Source: Octopus bimaculoides (lineage: Eukaryota). From it: a stretch of 64,000 nt of DNA. A model generated the notes under the pieces. The model was not told the DNA's origin. It was given only the letters and a program-made list of their open reading frames with translations, and searched no databases. This document shows, piece by piece, positions 26,040 through 39,129 of this stretch. Positions within the stretch are counted from its first letter, which is position 1; every line of letters starts with the position of its first letter. The stretch is from the NCBI RefSeq assembly GCF_001194135.2, contig NC_068984.1:32237978-32301977 (forward strand), read 5' to 3'. A program made the translations under genes and the position numbers.

Positions 26040-26565
26040 CTTTTTACTTAGCCTGATACTTACTAAGATTTTGGTTTTTGCTAAATTATCTCTATGGACC
26101 TTTGATTCTAGACCTTGCTTCCACACCTGAAGCATCTTTTCTAGTTCTGCTAGTGATTCAGCTATAAGAACGAGGTCATCAGCATAGAGGAACTCCCATA
26201 CACAGTCTGACTTATATTCCTTCGTTATTTCCTGGAGGACTATGATGAACAAGAGGGGATTGAGGACTGAACTTTGAACTCCTACTTGCTCCCTGAATTC
26301 ATCACTATACTCGTTGCCAAACTCATCTTACTGACAGCATCTCTGTACATGACTTGTACAGCTCTCACCAACCATTCATCTATCCCTAGTTTCTGCATTG
26401 ATGACGAGATAAGGGAGCAAGGGACTGTTTTGAAGGCTTTCTCTGTGTAAACATAAGTACAGGGGTTTATTTTTGTCTAGGTACTTCTCTTGCAGCTGCC
26501 TTACCAGAAATATAGCATTAGTGGTGCTTCTCCCAGGCACAAAAACAGAACTACGTCTCTCTTCC
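26040..26565 (-). mobile_element. RTE LINE reverse transcriptase fragment
   Basis: FVPGRSTTNAIFLVRQLQEKYL, then LLFIIVLQEIT...WEFLYADDLVLIAES...NLAKTKIL (YADD catalytic motif). Confidence 0.92.
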
Positions 26566-26574
26566 CACACACAC

Positions 26575-26995
26575 ATATATTCATAAGAAGCTCACCTCCC
26601 AACCATATGGTTCAGGTTTCAGTCCCACTGCATGGCACCTTGATCAAATGTCTCCTATAAGCATACAAGGCTGACCAAAGCCTTGTGAGTTGATTTAGAG
26701 GACGGAACGTGAAAGAAGCTTGTCATATATATGTATACATACATACACATACACACATACATGTATATATATATGTGTATGTTTACATGTGTGTCCTAAT
26801 GTCTGTGTTTGTCCCACCACCACCACTTGACAACTGCTCATGGTGTGATTTTGTCCCCATAACTTAATGGTTTGCCAAAAGAGACCAATATAGTGAGTCC
26901 CAGGCTTTAAAAAGGGGTTGATACATTTGATTAAAATTTCAAGCCAGTGTCCCAGCATGGCAGCAGTCAAATGACAGACAAAAGATTAAAGATAT
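26575..26995 (+). mobile_element. OR-like SINE
   Basis: Head, core (ggcaccttgatcaaatgtc), microsatellite and cagcatggcagcagtcaaatgac tail. Confidence 0.8.
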
Positions 26996-27789
26996 GTTTG
27001 TGTGAGCATATATTCAATTTTTGTCTATTAATTTTACTCTCAAAGTATTGGTCAATGCATGGCTATAGTGTATAATGTTAGCAAACAGTGATCCCACAGT
27101 GGAACTGAAACCCCAGCTATGTGGTTTGAAAGCAAACTTCTTTACCACACAGCAAGCAGATAATTAAAGGATTTCTCAATTATACGTCTTTTGCTTTTAA
27201 CTTTTAAGTATTTTGCTACTCATATTCACCAATATTTTTCATTTTTAGGGTACAATTCTAATGTCCATCTATAAATGTCTCAATTACTTTTTACAAAATC
27301 CTAGCATGAAGTACCTAAATCAAATTATCCATCACCTGGTCATTTAAAATTTAATAGAATTCTCTTCATTGCTTGCATTTAGGCCAGATTTTCAGGCTAA
27401 GGCTAATTTGCTCTCTTCCTCAAACAATTTTTGGATGCCCTTGGAAAGATCATAAGCACTTTCTTTATGATACCTTTGTTTAATTTAAACAAATGTATTT
27501 CTCTTTTCATTCTAGCATGGCTTAGTAGGAAGGTAACTAATGCAGGTTGTTTGAAATCTAGACACACTTCCTTTTGCCAACTGTTTTTCAAGTAAGGGAT
27601 TTTATTCTTGAAGAATCCAGTAATGCAGAGTTAATGAGATTTGTTGTTGGGAAATGTCAGCAAATATCAGTGCTCCTAAGAGAGCCACAAAAGTTAATGT
27701 CATTGTTTGTAGTCATAGCTCAGAGTAAGTTGCAAATATTTATGTATATTATACATGCATACATGTGTGTGTATGTATGTATATATATG

Positions 27790-28095
27790 AATGCTTATGG
27801 ACGAGGACAGCTGTATAAAGATGTTCTGATCTCTAACTGTGGAGGGAACCCGTGGTAGAGGTAGATCGTTGAAGCAATGACTAATGAACGAGACCTTTGG
27901 TGATATGCTGTGCTTGAGAAGAAGACCCATCAAGCCAAGCAAAATCACAGTATTGGTGTTAGGAAGGGCATCCAGCCTAGAAAACCATGCCAAATCAGAC
28001 TGGTGCAGCCTCCCAGCTTGCCAGCCCCAGTCAAACCATCCAACCCATGCCAGCATGGACAACAGACAATAAATGATGATGGTGATGACAATGAT
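27790..28095 (+). mobile_element. RTE LINE 3' end (RT C-terminus plus tail)
   Basis: DEDSCIK...LTVEGTRGRGR...EAMTNERDLW*YAVLEK followed by the aggaagggcatccagc...caacccatgccagcatgg...gatgat tail. Confidence 0.85.
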
Positions 28096-28219
28096 GTATA
28101 TATATGAAACAGGAGATGGAGGAAAGTCCAAGAGAATAAGAAGACAGAGCAAAAAAATTGCCAATGATCTGCATGTAGTTACACACATGTATGTATGTAT
28201 GTATCTATTTATCTATCTA

Positions 28220-28255
<36 letters not shown>

Positions 28256-29009
28256 CATACACTATACTTATATATGTGTGTGTGAGTTTGTATATATAAA
28301 TACATGTACACACAGTGTACTTCTTTCAATTTCTATCAAAGAAATTCATTTACAAGGCATTGGTCAGCCCAGGCAAATGTTCACTTGGCATGTAAAATCG
28401 TGAGCTAAATTAAATTGTCTCAGGGATCATGTAAAATTTGATCCTAATACATAGCAAGGTTGTTTCTAGATCACAGAATATGCATATTTTCTTTTATATT
28501 TAAATGGGATTTACATGTGGAAATAAACATCTTCCTGAGGGGATTTACCTTTGCAACAATCATCTGAGCCACACCTCTCTTCTTCACAGTTACACATTCA
28601 TAGATGAAGAACTGCAGGTCTTCAAATGCAATGACCAAGATTAGGTAAAAAAAAAAAAAAAAAACAACACAAGAATTAGAAAACAAAAAGAAATAAAAGC
28701 AAGAATAAAGTTATGTGAGATATTCAATACCTCTACAAGCCTGATGAGAAAATATGTCCATTCATCTGTGTGTTTATTAATGTATTTTTTGCAGACATCT
28801 TACAAATGAAAAACAAAGCTTAAAACAATAAAGATACCTATCAGAAGTAGTTCTGGGTATTAATTACAAGAGTTCAGATTGTAAATCAATAGAAGTTTGT
28901 TTATTGTTCTTGAAAATCAGGAGAAACCACCCTGTACATTAATCAATTATGGTAGATGAGATCACAGCAATAGTCTCTAAGGGAATCAAGTCTTTTACAC
29001 TGAAATCAA

Positions 29010-29031
29010 TCAGTGAATGCACGTGTGTGTG

Positions 29032-29088
<57 letters not shown>

Positions 29089-29232
29089 ACACACATATAT
29101 GTAATGTACATACATATATATATGTATGTATGTATACACACATGTATGTTTACACACATATATGTAATGTACATACATATGTATATGTATGTATGTATAC
29201 ACACATATATGTAATGTATATATATATATATA

Positions 29233-29273
<41 letters not shown>

Positions 29274-29400
29274 GTATATATATATATATATATATATATC
29301 CATGTATCTATGTGTATATATATGTGTGTGTGTGTAAATATATATTATAGATATATATATATATTGTATATAAGTTTACATAGATATATGTTACCATATA
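29010..29400. repeat. TA/TG/CA microsatellite-minisatellite block
   Basis: Repeated acacacatatatgtaatgtacatacat units within (TA)n. Explains the YI/VC-rich ORFs. Confidence 0.95.
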
Positions 29401-29510
29401 CACATATGAACATTTACCTCAGCTTATATACATGCACAACCATACCAGCATAAACATCAAACTATACATAACTGTGCATACATGCAACAACAAACACATA
29501 AAACATACAC

Positions 29511-29520
29511 NNNNNNNNNN
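29511..29520. other. assembly gap with 57 bp duplicated on both sides
   Basis: 29454-29510 is identical to 29521-29577. Confidence 0.95.
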
Positions 29521-30594
29521 ACATCAAACTATACATAACTGTGCATACATGCAACAACAAACACATAAAACATACACACATACACATATAAATGTGAGTA
29601 TACATAAATAGATGCATGCAAGCATACCTATCTACTTACATGCAGATATACATACATACATACACGCAGTAACACATATAAACACAATAGAGACACAGAT
29701 TTATACATAGCTGGCCAGCCAATATATTGCCGGTGCACTAAAATTCACACACACACACACAAATATACACACACACACACAAATACACACACACACACAC
29801 CTGTACATAATTATACTTATATACGCGCATATACATAAAACTTCTCACTGAGAGTTCTGAAGATTAATATAAAGAGATTTTGTTTATTATCTCCATAACA
29901 AGCAAGAATTAGTGTTTATTTTTATTTATCGAATTATATATGGGCAAATTGTTTTGTTATGTTCTGGTAAGTGAAATACCCTGGTGAATCTTTTTAAATA
30001 ACTTGGGTAATAATATTGTGGAAACACATTCTAACAAAGTTGGGTATTATTTATGTTTTATTATTTTTAAGTTCCACTTTGATTACTCATAAAGAATTTT
30101 ATAGAAATTTAAACATTAAAACAAATGGGAAAAATAAAATCAGTCTATTCTACATTTAAAAGTTTGACAAGGAAGTCAATTGGAAGAGAATTTTTGTAGC
30201 ATGAACTACAAAATCTACAGAGAAGGTATGGATTACCAGAAAGCAAAATCTCAGTTTCAGTTCCTGGTTACAGCAAATTCATAAATTTTTGTCACTAAAA
30301 ATTGAGTGAGGTAGAAAAGTCAAAACTTTTGTCTTTCAATCTGAGGACTTTAGCTTTATCATCATCATCATCATAGTCATTTTAATGTGCACTTATCCAC
30401 ACTCAGATAGTCAGACAGGATTTTGTTCAGGTGAATATTTTGTGGATTCCCTTCCTGTCACAAACCCTTACCTGCTACCAAGTAAGGTGATATTTCCTCA
30501 TGACCAGACATGTTTTCACAGAATACTGGAAATTATGGACATCAATTGCATCACAACTATCTTGCGATGTCAAGACAGTAAACATTATCATTGT

Positions 30595-31215
30595 TTAACA
30601 TCCGCTTATCATTCTGGCATGGTTTGGACGGTTTGACACCAGGTTCTAATCTGATTTGGCAAAGTTTCTACAGCTGGACATTCTTCCTAATGCCAACCAC
30701 TCCAAGAGTGTAGTGGGTGATTTTTACATGCCTCCAGCACAGGTACCATTGACGTGATACCAGCATCAGCCATGATTACAGTCACACTTGGCTTGACAGG
30801 TCTACACAAGCACAGTATATTGCCAAAGGTCTTGGTCACCTGTCACTGCCTCCATGAGGCCTAATGATCGAATGATGCTATTTACATACAGCCAACACGG
30901 ATGCCTGTCAGACAGCACTAGCATTGGCCATGACTATGATTTCACTTGGCTTGACAGGTCTTCTCAACCACAGCATATTCGCAAGCCTATTCTTATTCTA
31001 GCAGCTATGCTCTTGGAGTATCCACACCAGTCACTGACTTGGTCACCTAGGTAGGGGAAGCTATCAACTAATAGTTTTTCCCACTGGCATATGATGGAAT
31101 CTATTTTCTGTATATTTTAAGTGTTAATTGTACTTGTGCACCTTCCACACACAAAAGCAATTTTACCAGTTAACCTTCCTCTGATATTGCTGCACCTCTT
31201 ATGTGTCCATAGCTA
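30595..31215 (-). mobile_element. RTE LINE fragments (Cys/His insert region, C-terminus and tail)
   Basis: LWTHKRCSNIRGRLTGKIAFVCGRC...VDSFPYLGDQVS at about 31000-31215; LGLMEAVTGDQDLWQY..QAK plus tail at 30595-30870. Confidence 0.85.
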
Positions 31216-31259
31216 ATACTGAGTGCATAAGCACACACACACACACACACACACACACA

Positions 31260-31410
31260 ATGCATTTCTTTCAAGTTCTGTCTATCAAATCTCACAAGGC
31301 TTCAGTTAGTGTGGACTATAATAAAAGACATTTGCCCTTGTGCCATGTAATGGGACTGAGCCCAGACCCATATGACTCAGAAACAAACTTCTTACCACAC
31401 AGCTATGCCT
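31260..31410 (-). mobile_element. OR-like SINE, 5' part
   Basis: Reverse-complement head and core (aaacttcttaccacacagctatgcct). Confidence 0.7.
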
Positions 31411-33339
31411 AGAAATGGTGGTAGAGAATTTTACACTATGACTTAACAGAAAAATAGTAACAATTTCTCACTCATTTCAAGTATATTCTCTATGCACACT
31501 AATTACACTAAGGCTTCTTAGATTGAGTCATTCAAGTTACTTGATCAATTAATCAACACTTTTGAAGTTTCATTCTCATATATCAATAAAAATCTCAAAA
31601 TTGTAGTCACATCAATATGTTATCCTCTCATCTCATGATAAGGTAAGCTGCTCACAGTTAAATTTCAGACTCTATAGTTATACATCACACTTTCTTCAGA
31701 TTTAGATACAAATCTCTTGTACAAAATTTTGATAAACCAGAGAAGGTGCCTCTAAACAATTTCTAAGCCAACTTAGAATAGCAACCAAATCTCCTACAAA
31801 TATAACTCAGCCATCTTAAAAATTGATAAACATTTTGAATAATGATATACAATGTATGGATTAAAAATAAAAATGATGGCATAGCTATTACAAAAGTGCT
31901 TTTCATTCTAAGTCTGCATGATCTGTGTTAACCTGGGCTAAATGCTACATACCGAATTTCTTTTCTTTCTTTTACACTCTTACTGTTTCAACCTCAATTT
32001 TTGCGTCTTTAGCAAAGTCCATTCTATTACTTGCATCTGAGAATAACTCATACATTGCTTTCTACTGCAGTAATCCATGAGTCAGAGAGTATTCTCCTTA
32101 TTGGATTTTGCAATGTGTAAATAGTCAAGGTGGATAGTACTGCACTTTCTCATTTCACTCAGTGGCAAAAATAACAAAAATGTTCCAACTGGGAAATATG
32201 GAGAATTTCATTTCACCCATTAAAAAGGACTTGTGTGGGTGCATATGTGTACGTGGATGTTTATGTATGTGTGTGTTTGTGTACATACGTGCATGTGTGC
32301 CTGGGTACATGTCTGTATCTCTGCATGTCTGTATGTATTTGAGCATGAGTCAGTACTCAGTAATATATACTAATAGTTTTGCTTTAAAGTTTGGAAGTAT
32401 TTAAATTGAAATAGTCTCAGTTATAAGAATATATTAAAAACATGTCAAAGGAGAAACAATTCAATGTCAAGTAATATATTCCATGCAAGAAATGTGAGAA
32501 TTTAGTTTAGATATTATTTTTGCATTTACTCTGAAACTAACGTTGTACATCTTTCTTTGCTATGATGTGATGGTGTTTTGATTGCTTAACACTACAATGA
32601 ACTATACATGACATTTTCTGTCTTGTCCTCTGCAATTGATGATGTGACATTAATAGATGAGGGCATATTTTCTTGGAGCAGACAATTTTCTTGACTCAGC
32701 AAACATCTCAGGGATAAACAAATGAATGTGAAATATTTTAATCAAATTCTTGAGTTTTATGGGTGGAACAGGTTTTTTTCTTTCTTTCTTTTTTGTTTTA
32801 ATTCAGCACCTAATTGCTAATGAAAAATATCATTCAATGTCTTTAATGCGACAGCTGTTAATTTGAAAGTTGAACATATAGATAGCTGCAAGTTAGCATA
32901 AAGATTAACTTTAATTTGGAAAGTTGCTTTGTGGCCAAGATTGTAAAAAGATCCTTTAAAAGCATCGTAGAAGTTTGACTGCTAATGTGGCATTAATAGC
33001 AGAAATTAAAACTTCCTTAGAAATAATGGTTTTCTGTTTCCCACACAACTTTAATTATGGCAACCAGTTCCTGATCTGCTTATGTCTTTTAGTAGCAGAT
33101 TCCACAACAGATGCCAGTAAAAAGGTAGAGAACATGATACATCCTTCAGAGTAATGGACTGCATAATTCTGGGTTTTATGAGTCTCTTACATCAACAAGA
33201 CAAATAACATTAAGTATAATTTGAGCTGGAATAGAATCCAAACTCTTTCACTTGTACTAATATGCTAACATCTATCATCTATAAATACTTAGGAAGGAAT
33301 TGTCTATCACTTTATTCATTTACTACATTTATCAATCTG

Positions 33340-33590
33340 TTACACCCATGGTCGTAGGTTTGATTCTCTGGTTGGCTGGTATGTTGTGTTTTTGAGCGAA
33401 ACACTTCATTTCATGTTTCTCTGGTCCCTCTTTTGATCAGGGGGAAATGTTGGCCAGCTCGCCTTGCCAGCAGGGCAGTGTCATTTGAAGGTTAAAACAA
33501 TGCAAAAGCACATTGTGATCAGTGATGTGTAATGACATCTAGTAGCCTGGTCAGTCACGTGATCATGTGATCAATCTGATAAGTTACAAA
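33340..33590 (+). mobile_element. decayed tRNA-derived SINE (third-family-related)
   Basis: gtaggtttgattc...ttgagcgaaacacttcatttcatgtt; ends in gtcacgtgatcatgtgat. Confidence 0.55.
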
Positions 33591-34381
33591 AGTAGTCCAT
33601 TGAGTAAAAGAGGGGACAATTAGGTATGAACATTAATTCATCTTAGATTTCATACATTTCCCTTCTTTCTTTTAAACAACATTAACAATAATAATGATTT
33701 ACATATTCAAGAAATCTCAAGTTTATGGAAGGAAGAGAAATGAGATGTTTTCTAATTCATGTATTTTCTTGTGTATTAGTAAACAGTAATAAGACAAAGC
33801 AGTTTTAATCTGAAAATGAAACTAGCTTGCAGGCCCAATTTTACAAAAATTTACCACCTTACCTTCATTTTATAGGAGAAACATAAAAATAATATAAAAT
33901 TACGAATTATGTTTTAATTAGATATGTAATGTTTTCACAGTATACAGAATAATGAGCTGCCCTCTATGAATTATAAATTACTATTAGCTAAGAATGTGTT
34001 TAGTAATTGTCATACCTTCCTAAGGAGACTTGTGAAAAATGGTTGTAAAATAGAATAAAAATAGGTCACTGAGAGTTAACCATAACTTCTTGATCGTCTT
34101 TAAAGTGCTCACCATTCTTTAAGCATAGTCAAAGAGGAAATCATAATATAATGTAAAAGATATGTAAAGTACATTTTGAAAATTAGACTCGGTTTTGTTT
34201 TTCGAAGCAGCTAATAGTTTAGCTGTATGAATAAAAATTCAATATGTGTGACTAGATGCTACAGGATTTGAGAAAGATGGGTGCCAAAACTAATAAATTT
34301 CACCTTTTCGATATCAGTGAAGAATTTCACTGGAAAAGTAGATATAAGATTGCCAGGATTTTGTCTCTCTCACCAAGGTCA

Positions 34382-34440
34382 GTGGCTATCGAACGCCGAC
34401 GAAGGGAAATAACCCTGAAATCCGGATCCGTTCGTGCTAC
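34382..34440 (+). ncRNA. type I hammerhead ribozyme motif (minimal, palindromic helix III)
   Basis: cgaacg-CCGACGA-aggg(aaataa)ccct-GAAA-tccgga-TC-cgttcg. Helices I and II pair fully, and helix III is the palindrome atccggat. The only core deviation is U4 to C. Confidence 0.85.
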
Positions 34441-35626
34441 AGATCATGGTGAGAGGGATAACTTCCCTTGGCAAACAGGACACAGTCGTGTGTCGATAAG
34501 CCAGCTGGAGGAGATGTCCTCCTGGGGCTAAAAGCAACAGTAACACCCACTCCTAGGGGTCAGCCACACTTAAGTGGCAATATACTACACTATATATATA
34601 TATATATACCTCATTTGAAAGCAGACATTAAGCATTTAGTTCCCATATGAAGGTAATTGAAAGTAAATTCAAGTTGAAAATAATTTTTTTTTAAATATTA
34701 ATTACTAACAGGGAAAACCATTTATGAGTGACAGCTTCTCCAACTAGTTTTAATGTATGAAACAGAAAATAAGTTTTTCCTTTGTTGTAAATGAGTAGCT
34801 ACATAACTGCTAGCTTGTGCTTACATCTATGTACTGACATTGCACATAGAACAATAATCAAGTTAAAATATGTAAAAGAATTTTTATAAATGTATGACTG
34901 GTTTAAACTAAAAACATCATCTTGAGAGGGAAAAATAGCTTCACAGATAAAACTGCAAACATGTTAAGAATGCTGATATGGTTGAAGTGATATACAATCA
35001 TATGGCTTCCAAGCTGTGACTTAAAATTGTACTTCGAGACCTTCATATTTGGACCTCAAAATGAATATCCTTAGATGCAAAGATATAAAAATTTCATGCC
35101 TCAGCAGGAACAAAGTCTTAAACTTATTTTCATGATAAAGGCATGTCAAGAAAGTTAAATGAACGTTGAGAAAATTGAAAAAAAAACCCCTTTATGTTAA
35201 TGCCCAGTGAAAATTAAAATGAGGTAAAATTGACTGATTTGGTATTGCTAAAGAAACTAGAAGCTTTGATCATGAAGTTATTTATCAATGCATTATAACA
35301 AAGCTTCTCCACTAGAAACTGCCAGAAACATACTACTTAGTACAATATGGAAACTTTAACTACAGAATATCTAATGACTGTGAAGAGACAATCGAATCAA
35401 ATTGATCAGTAAACATGATGCCTACATGAACAGATATCATGATGGAGTTGATTACTTTTGGCTCTGGAAATTTTCAGCATAATGGAATTTACTCTATAAG
35501 AGAGATGGTGCAGATGAAATGTTTTTGAAAATGAATAGATAATCCTACTATAGGGCCAGCTTGGCCACTCTCACAGAAACATGAAAGCAAAACTTTTCAG
35601 ATATCGAATTCTAAAATTTCTCTTAC

Positions 35627-35681
<55 letters not shown>

Positions 35682-36987
35682 GACACATATATATAAATAT
35701 GTATGTATCCATATGTGTGTATGTGTATATATATATATATATACAAACATATGCATGCATAAATATATGTATATATTTACATTTCAGCAAGCTAAAGTAT
35801 ATCTCTAAAAGAACAAGAGAAAATTATCTAAATTGAAAAATCTAGGAAAAGAGGCAACGAAGCATTGGTGAACTGGAAAAGATGAAAAAAAGAATTATGC
35901 CCATTTGAAGTAAAATACTATGAATTCTCAATGCAGATATACTATGCTTAAATAGTATAACCATCTATTGCACATCACGTCTATATGCTTTAAACCTAAG
36001 GAAACATTTCATGTAGAAAGGCTAAATGAAATAAAAATGCAGTGAAAGTAATATGCTGGATAACAGTCTAAATTGTGTTGTGATTGTGCAAAGTCTGTGT
36101 GTTCCAGTACACTTAGCTGGCAAAAAGATATGTTCAACTCCTATTTTACAGTTGGATGCTTAACTGTAAAAAAAAGGTCATCTAGCAGTACTAAGCAGTA
36201 GTTTGGTAATGAAACCATAATTTCCATCAAAAATGAAAAAGATAATACCAAACAATACAAAAGAATATTTTTTTCATATCTGATAAGATTCTAATGTAAG
36301 TCATATTAGACATTATATAAGCACTAATTTTCAAACTAGAAACGGAGACATATCCATTGATAGTACACAAACCATTTACAGATTGACCAATGAGCATATT
36401 AATGATTAAATTAAGGAATACTTATCATTCATCTCTTTAAATTAGACTCTTTCACTTTCTCCTGTTTTAATAACTGCATAAGATAATTCATCAGTCACAT
36501 GGCACTGGCATGATAGGCTATTCAAGAAATGTTCAACAGGGGTGAGAGAGAGAGAAGGGAGCTGTATTGTGGTTCAGTGTTTGTGAAGAAATAATAAAAT
36601 TAAGAATTAACTGCTAAGGTTTTAATGTAAATGATGTAAGACATTAAAAGCAGTAATCTGAAAAGAAAGAGGGGAAACAGGTCAACTGGTAGAACTTGAA
36701 ACATGTGTTTCTCAATTTCTGGATACCATGGGGCTATTTTAGAGCAACACCTTTAGTCAAACACATCGACCCAGGGACTTATTCTTTGTAAGCCTAGTAC
36801 TTATTCTATCGGTCTCTTTTGCCAAAGAGCTCATTAAAAATATGAAAAACAATTTAGAGTATCCAGTTTGAAGAGATAGTATGACAGCTGCTTCAAAGCT
36901 GTAATAGAAAATCTAGTCACCATTAAGTGATAGTTAGTTGGTTTGAGTTATTTCATTGTCTCAAATTAGGAATTATTATATCTAATA

Positions 36988-38110
36988 CCAGGCTGAGTCA
37001 AAATATTTTTTCATATTTCAAACTTTAATCAATTGTTCGAGCAAATTATATATGGAAAGTATTTATTCATTAAAATATATCCTATCACATTGTATTGTCT
37101 ATTACCATTATTATGTCAGAAGTTCAATACCATACTCATATTATCTGATTGGTTTAGAAGCAAAAGACCTCCCCACACATATTTTCAAACTCATCTACGT
37201 GGGTGAACCTCTGTTCATGCAGGAAATTGAGCCATGGCTCTGAAAAGGTGGTAATCTGATGATGCAAAGTCTGGACTGTAGGCAGGGTGAGGCAGCACTT
37301 CTAGCCTGTCAACTTCTATAAGCTTGCACTTGGTCTCATTGGCAATGTGTGCTGGAGTATTGTCATCCTGTTGTAGTGTGTGTCTTCAATTGACTGCTGC
37401 TGCATAGTGAGTTTTCAAAGCATCATATACTTGCTGCAGTTGCTGAGCATAAAGATGAGTATTCACAGCATGACCATCTCGGACAAGCTCAAAGTGCAAC
37501 ACTCTCCCAAAATTCTACCAAACACACAACATGACCTTCTGTTCAAATCACTCTTGCTTGGTAACAGGTTCTGAAACCTAGTCAAAACAAAGCCACTGTT
37601 TTCTCATATTAGGTTTACAAACATAGATCCAGTTTTTATCCCTATTTACAATTCAATGCTAAAAACAGGCATCACAAGGATTTGCCAGCCATTGTTTGAA
37701 AACGTAAATATTGCTGAGGTTTGTCATTGGTCAGTTCATGAGGATCTTCTCAACAGGATCTGTTCGCAAAGCTGAGTTAAAGTGGGTGTCAGTTAATGGT
37801 TCTTTGTAAAGGACCAAGTTCTGCTGACAGTGCTTGTGCTTGGCTGTTGTCCAACTGTTCCAAGCAAGGCCTCATCTTCCTCAACAAAAGGTCTTCCTCA
37901 CATTGGTTTTCTTTGAGGCTCTTCTTTGAAATATCTGAACCAGTTTTCTACAACACATTCATTGATAATTCCTTGGCCTTCCACATTATTAATTTCTCTT
38001 GCCTCTGCCCTTGCACTTAGTCCTTTTTCCCACAGGTAACATAAAATGCCTCTAATTGCAAGTGTTTCAACACTCATTATAAAAGCTGTTGATAAAGAAT
38101 ACTCAATTAA
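36988..38110 (-). mobile_element. decayed mariner element (one TIR visible)
   Basis: GKGLSARAEAREINNVEG...ENWFRYFKE; VLHFELV...DDNTPAHIA...LPHPAYSPDFASSDYHLF; end TA|ccaggctgagtcaaaatatt at 36986-37007. Confidence 0.85.
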
Positions 38111-39129
38111 TGCTTATATGTTACATATGAAAACATTGAATTAACAATTTAGCAATGGTTGGACAACAATTTGTTTCAAATTAATGATATACAAGGGAAA
38201 TACAAGTCACCAAACATCAGTGAAAATCCAAAAAGAAGCTTTTGACTTCATGCAGTATGTGTATAAAAGAAAAAAGTGCATGAAGCACACAGAACTTATT
38301 TAGGGAGTGAGTGACCACAGAAACATCATTGGTAACAACAAGAACACCACCACCAACAACAACAACATCATCATCACCATTGTAGATTATTATTAATAGC
38401 AACAATAGTGATAATAATGTTATAATATTATTGTCTTATTGCCTGTTAGACATGTGTTGCATTCTTCTAGCTTGAAGGTATATGAAAATCTCTTGAAATA
38501 AATATATATTTCATTACGTAGATATTTCTGAAGGCACATAGTCGAACCAACAATGGATAGAAATTTGTCGTCTTAAGATAATCTAGTACAAAGGAAAACT
38601 CAGAGACAGCATGCGATAACAACAATGAGACAGAGAACATGATTGACAAAGGGAATTAATTGAAAGATCTTATGAGGCGACTACAAGGTTTTCATAAATA
38701 CTCACATGTACAAGTGATCGATGTATCAATACCAGAATCACATATATCCAGTTTCCATCTGATCAGAAAAAATAAAAAAATAAAGATTCAGCTACATGAA
38801 CAGTAGAAAAACCAGGAAGAGAAGCCATTGTTTGATAATGAGCCAATGAGCAAGCCTCTGCAAGGTTAGCCAATCTGCAAGAAATAACAGTTAAATCTCT
38901 CTCAAACCACTTACTATCACCTTATAAAAATGAATTGGTTGTCCTCCTTAGTTTCCTTCACAAATGATCCATATAACTACTAGTTGTTTTCTTTTTACCA
39001 ATAATTTAGAAATTGTTTGTCTATCATGATGGAGCATTTACAAAATAATAATTCACTTCTTGTGCAGTTGTACATGGAGTTGCTTAGGTCCTTTTGAGCA
39101 ATTGACAAGTTCTTGAATAACAGTATATC

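Noticed and set aside
29010-29453. Long YI/VC/HT-rich ORFs (also many similar ORFs elsewhere in the track)
   Set aside because: Translations of TA/TG/CA microsatellites, which lack stops in several frames.
38560-38960. Minus-strand peptides (RLANLAEACSLAHYQTMASL; RWKLDICDSGID) resembling exons or a Harbinger transposase
   Set aside because: In-frame stops and only a few matching residues; cannot be assigned without a search.
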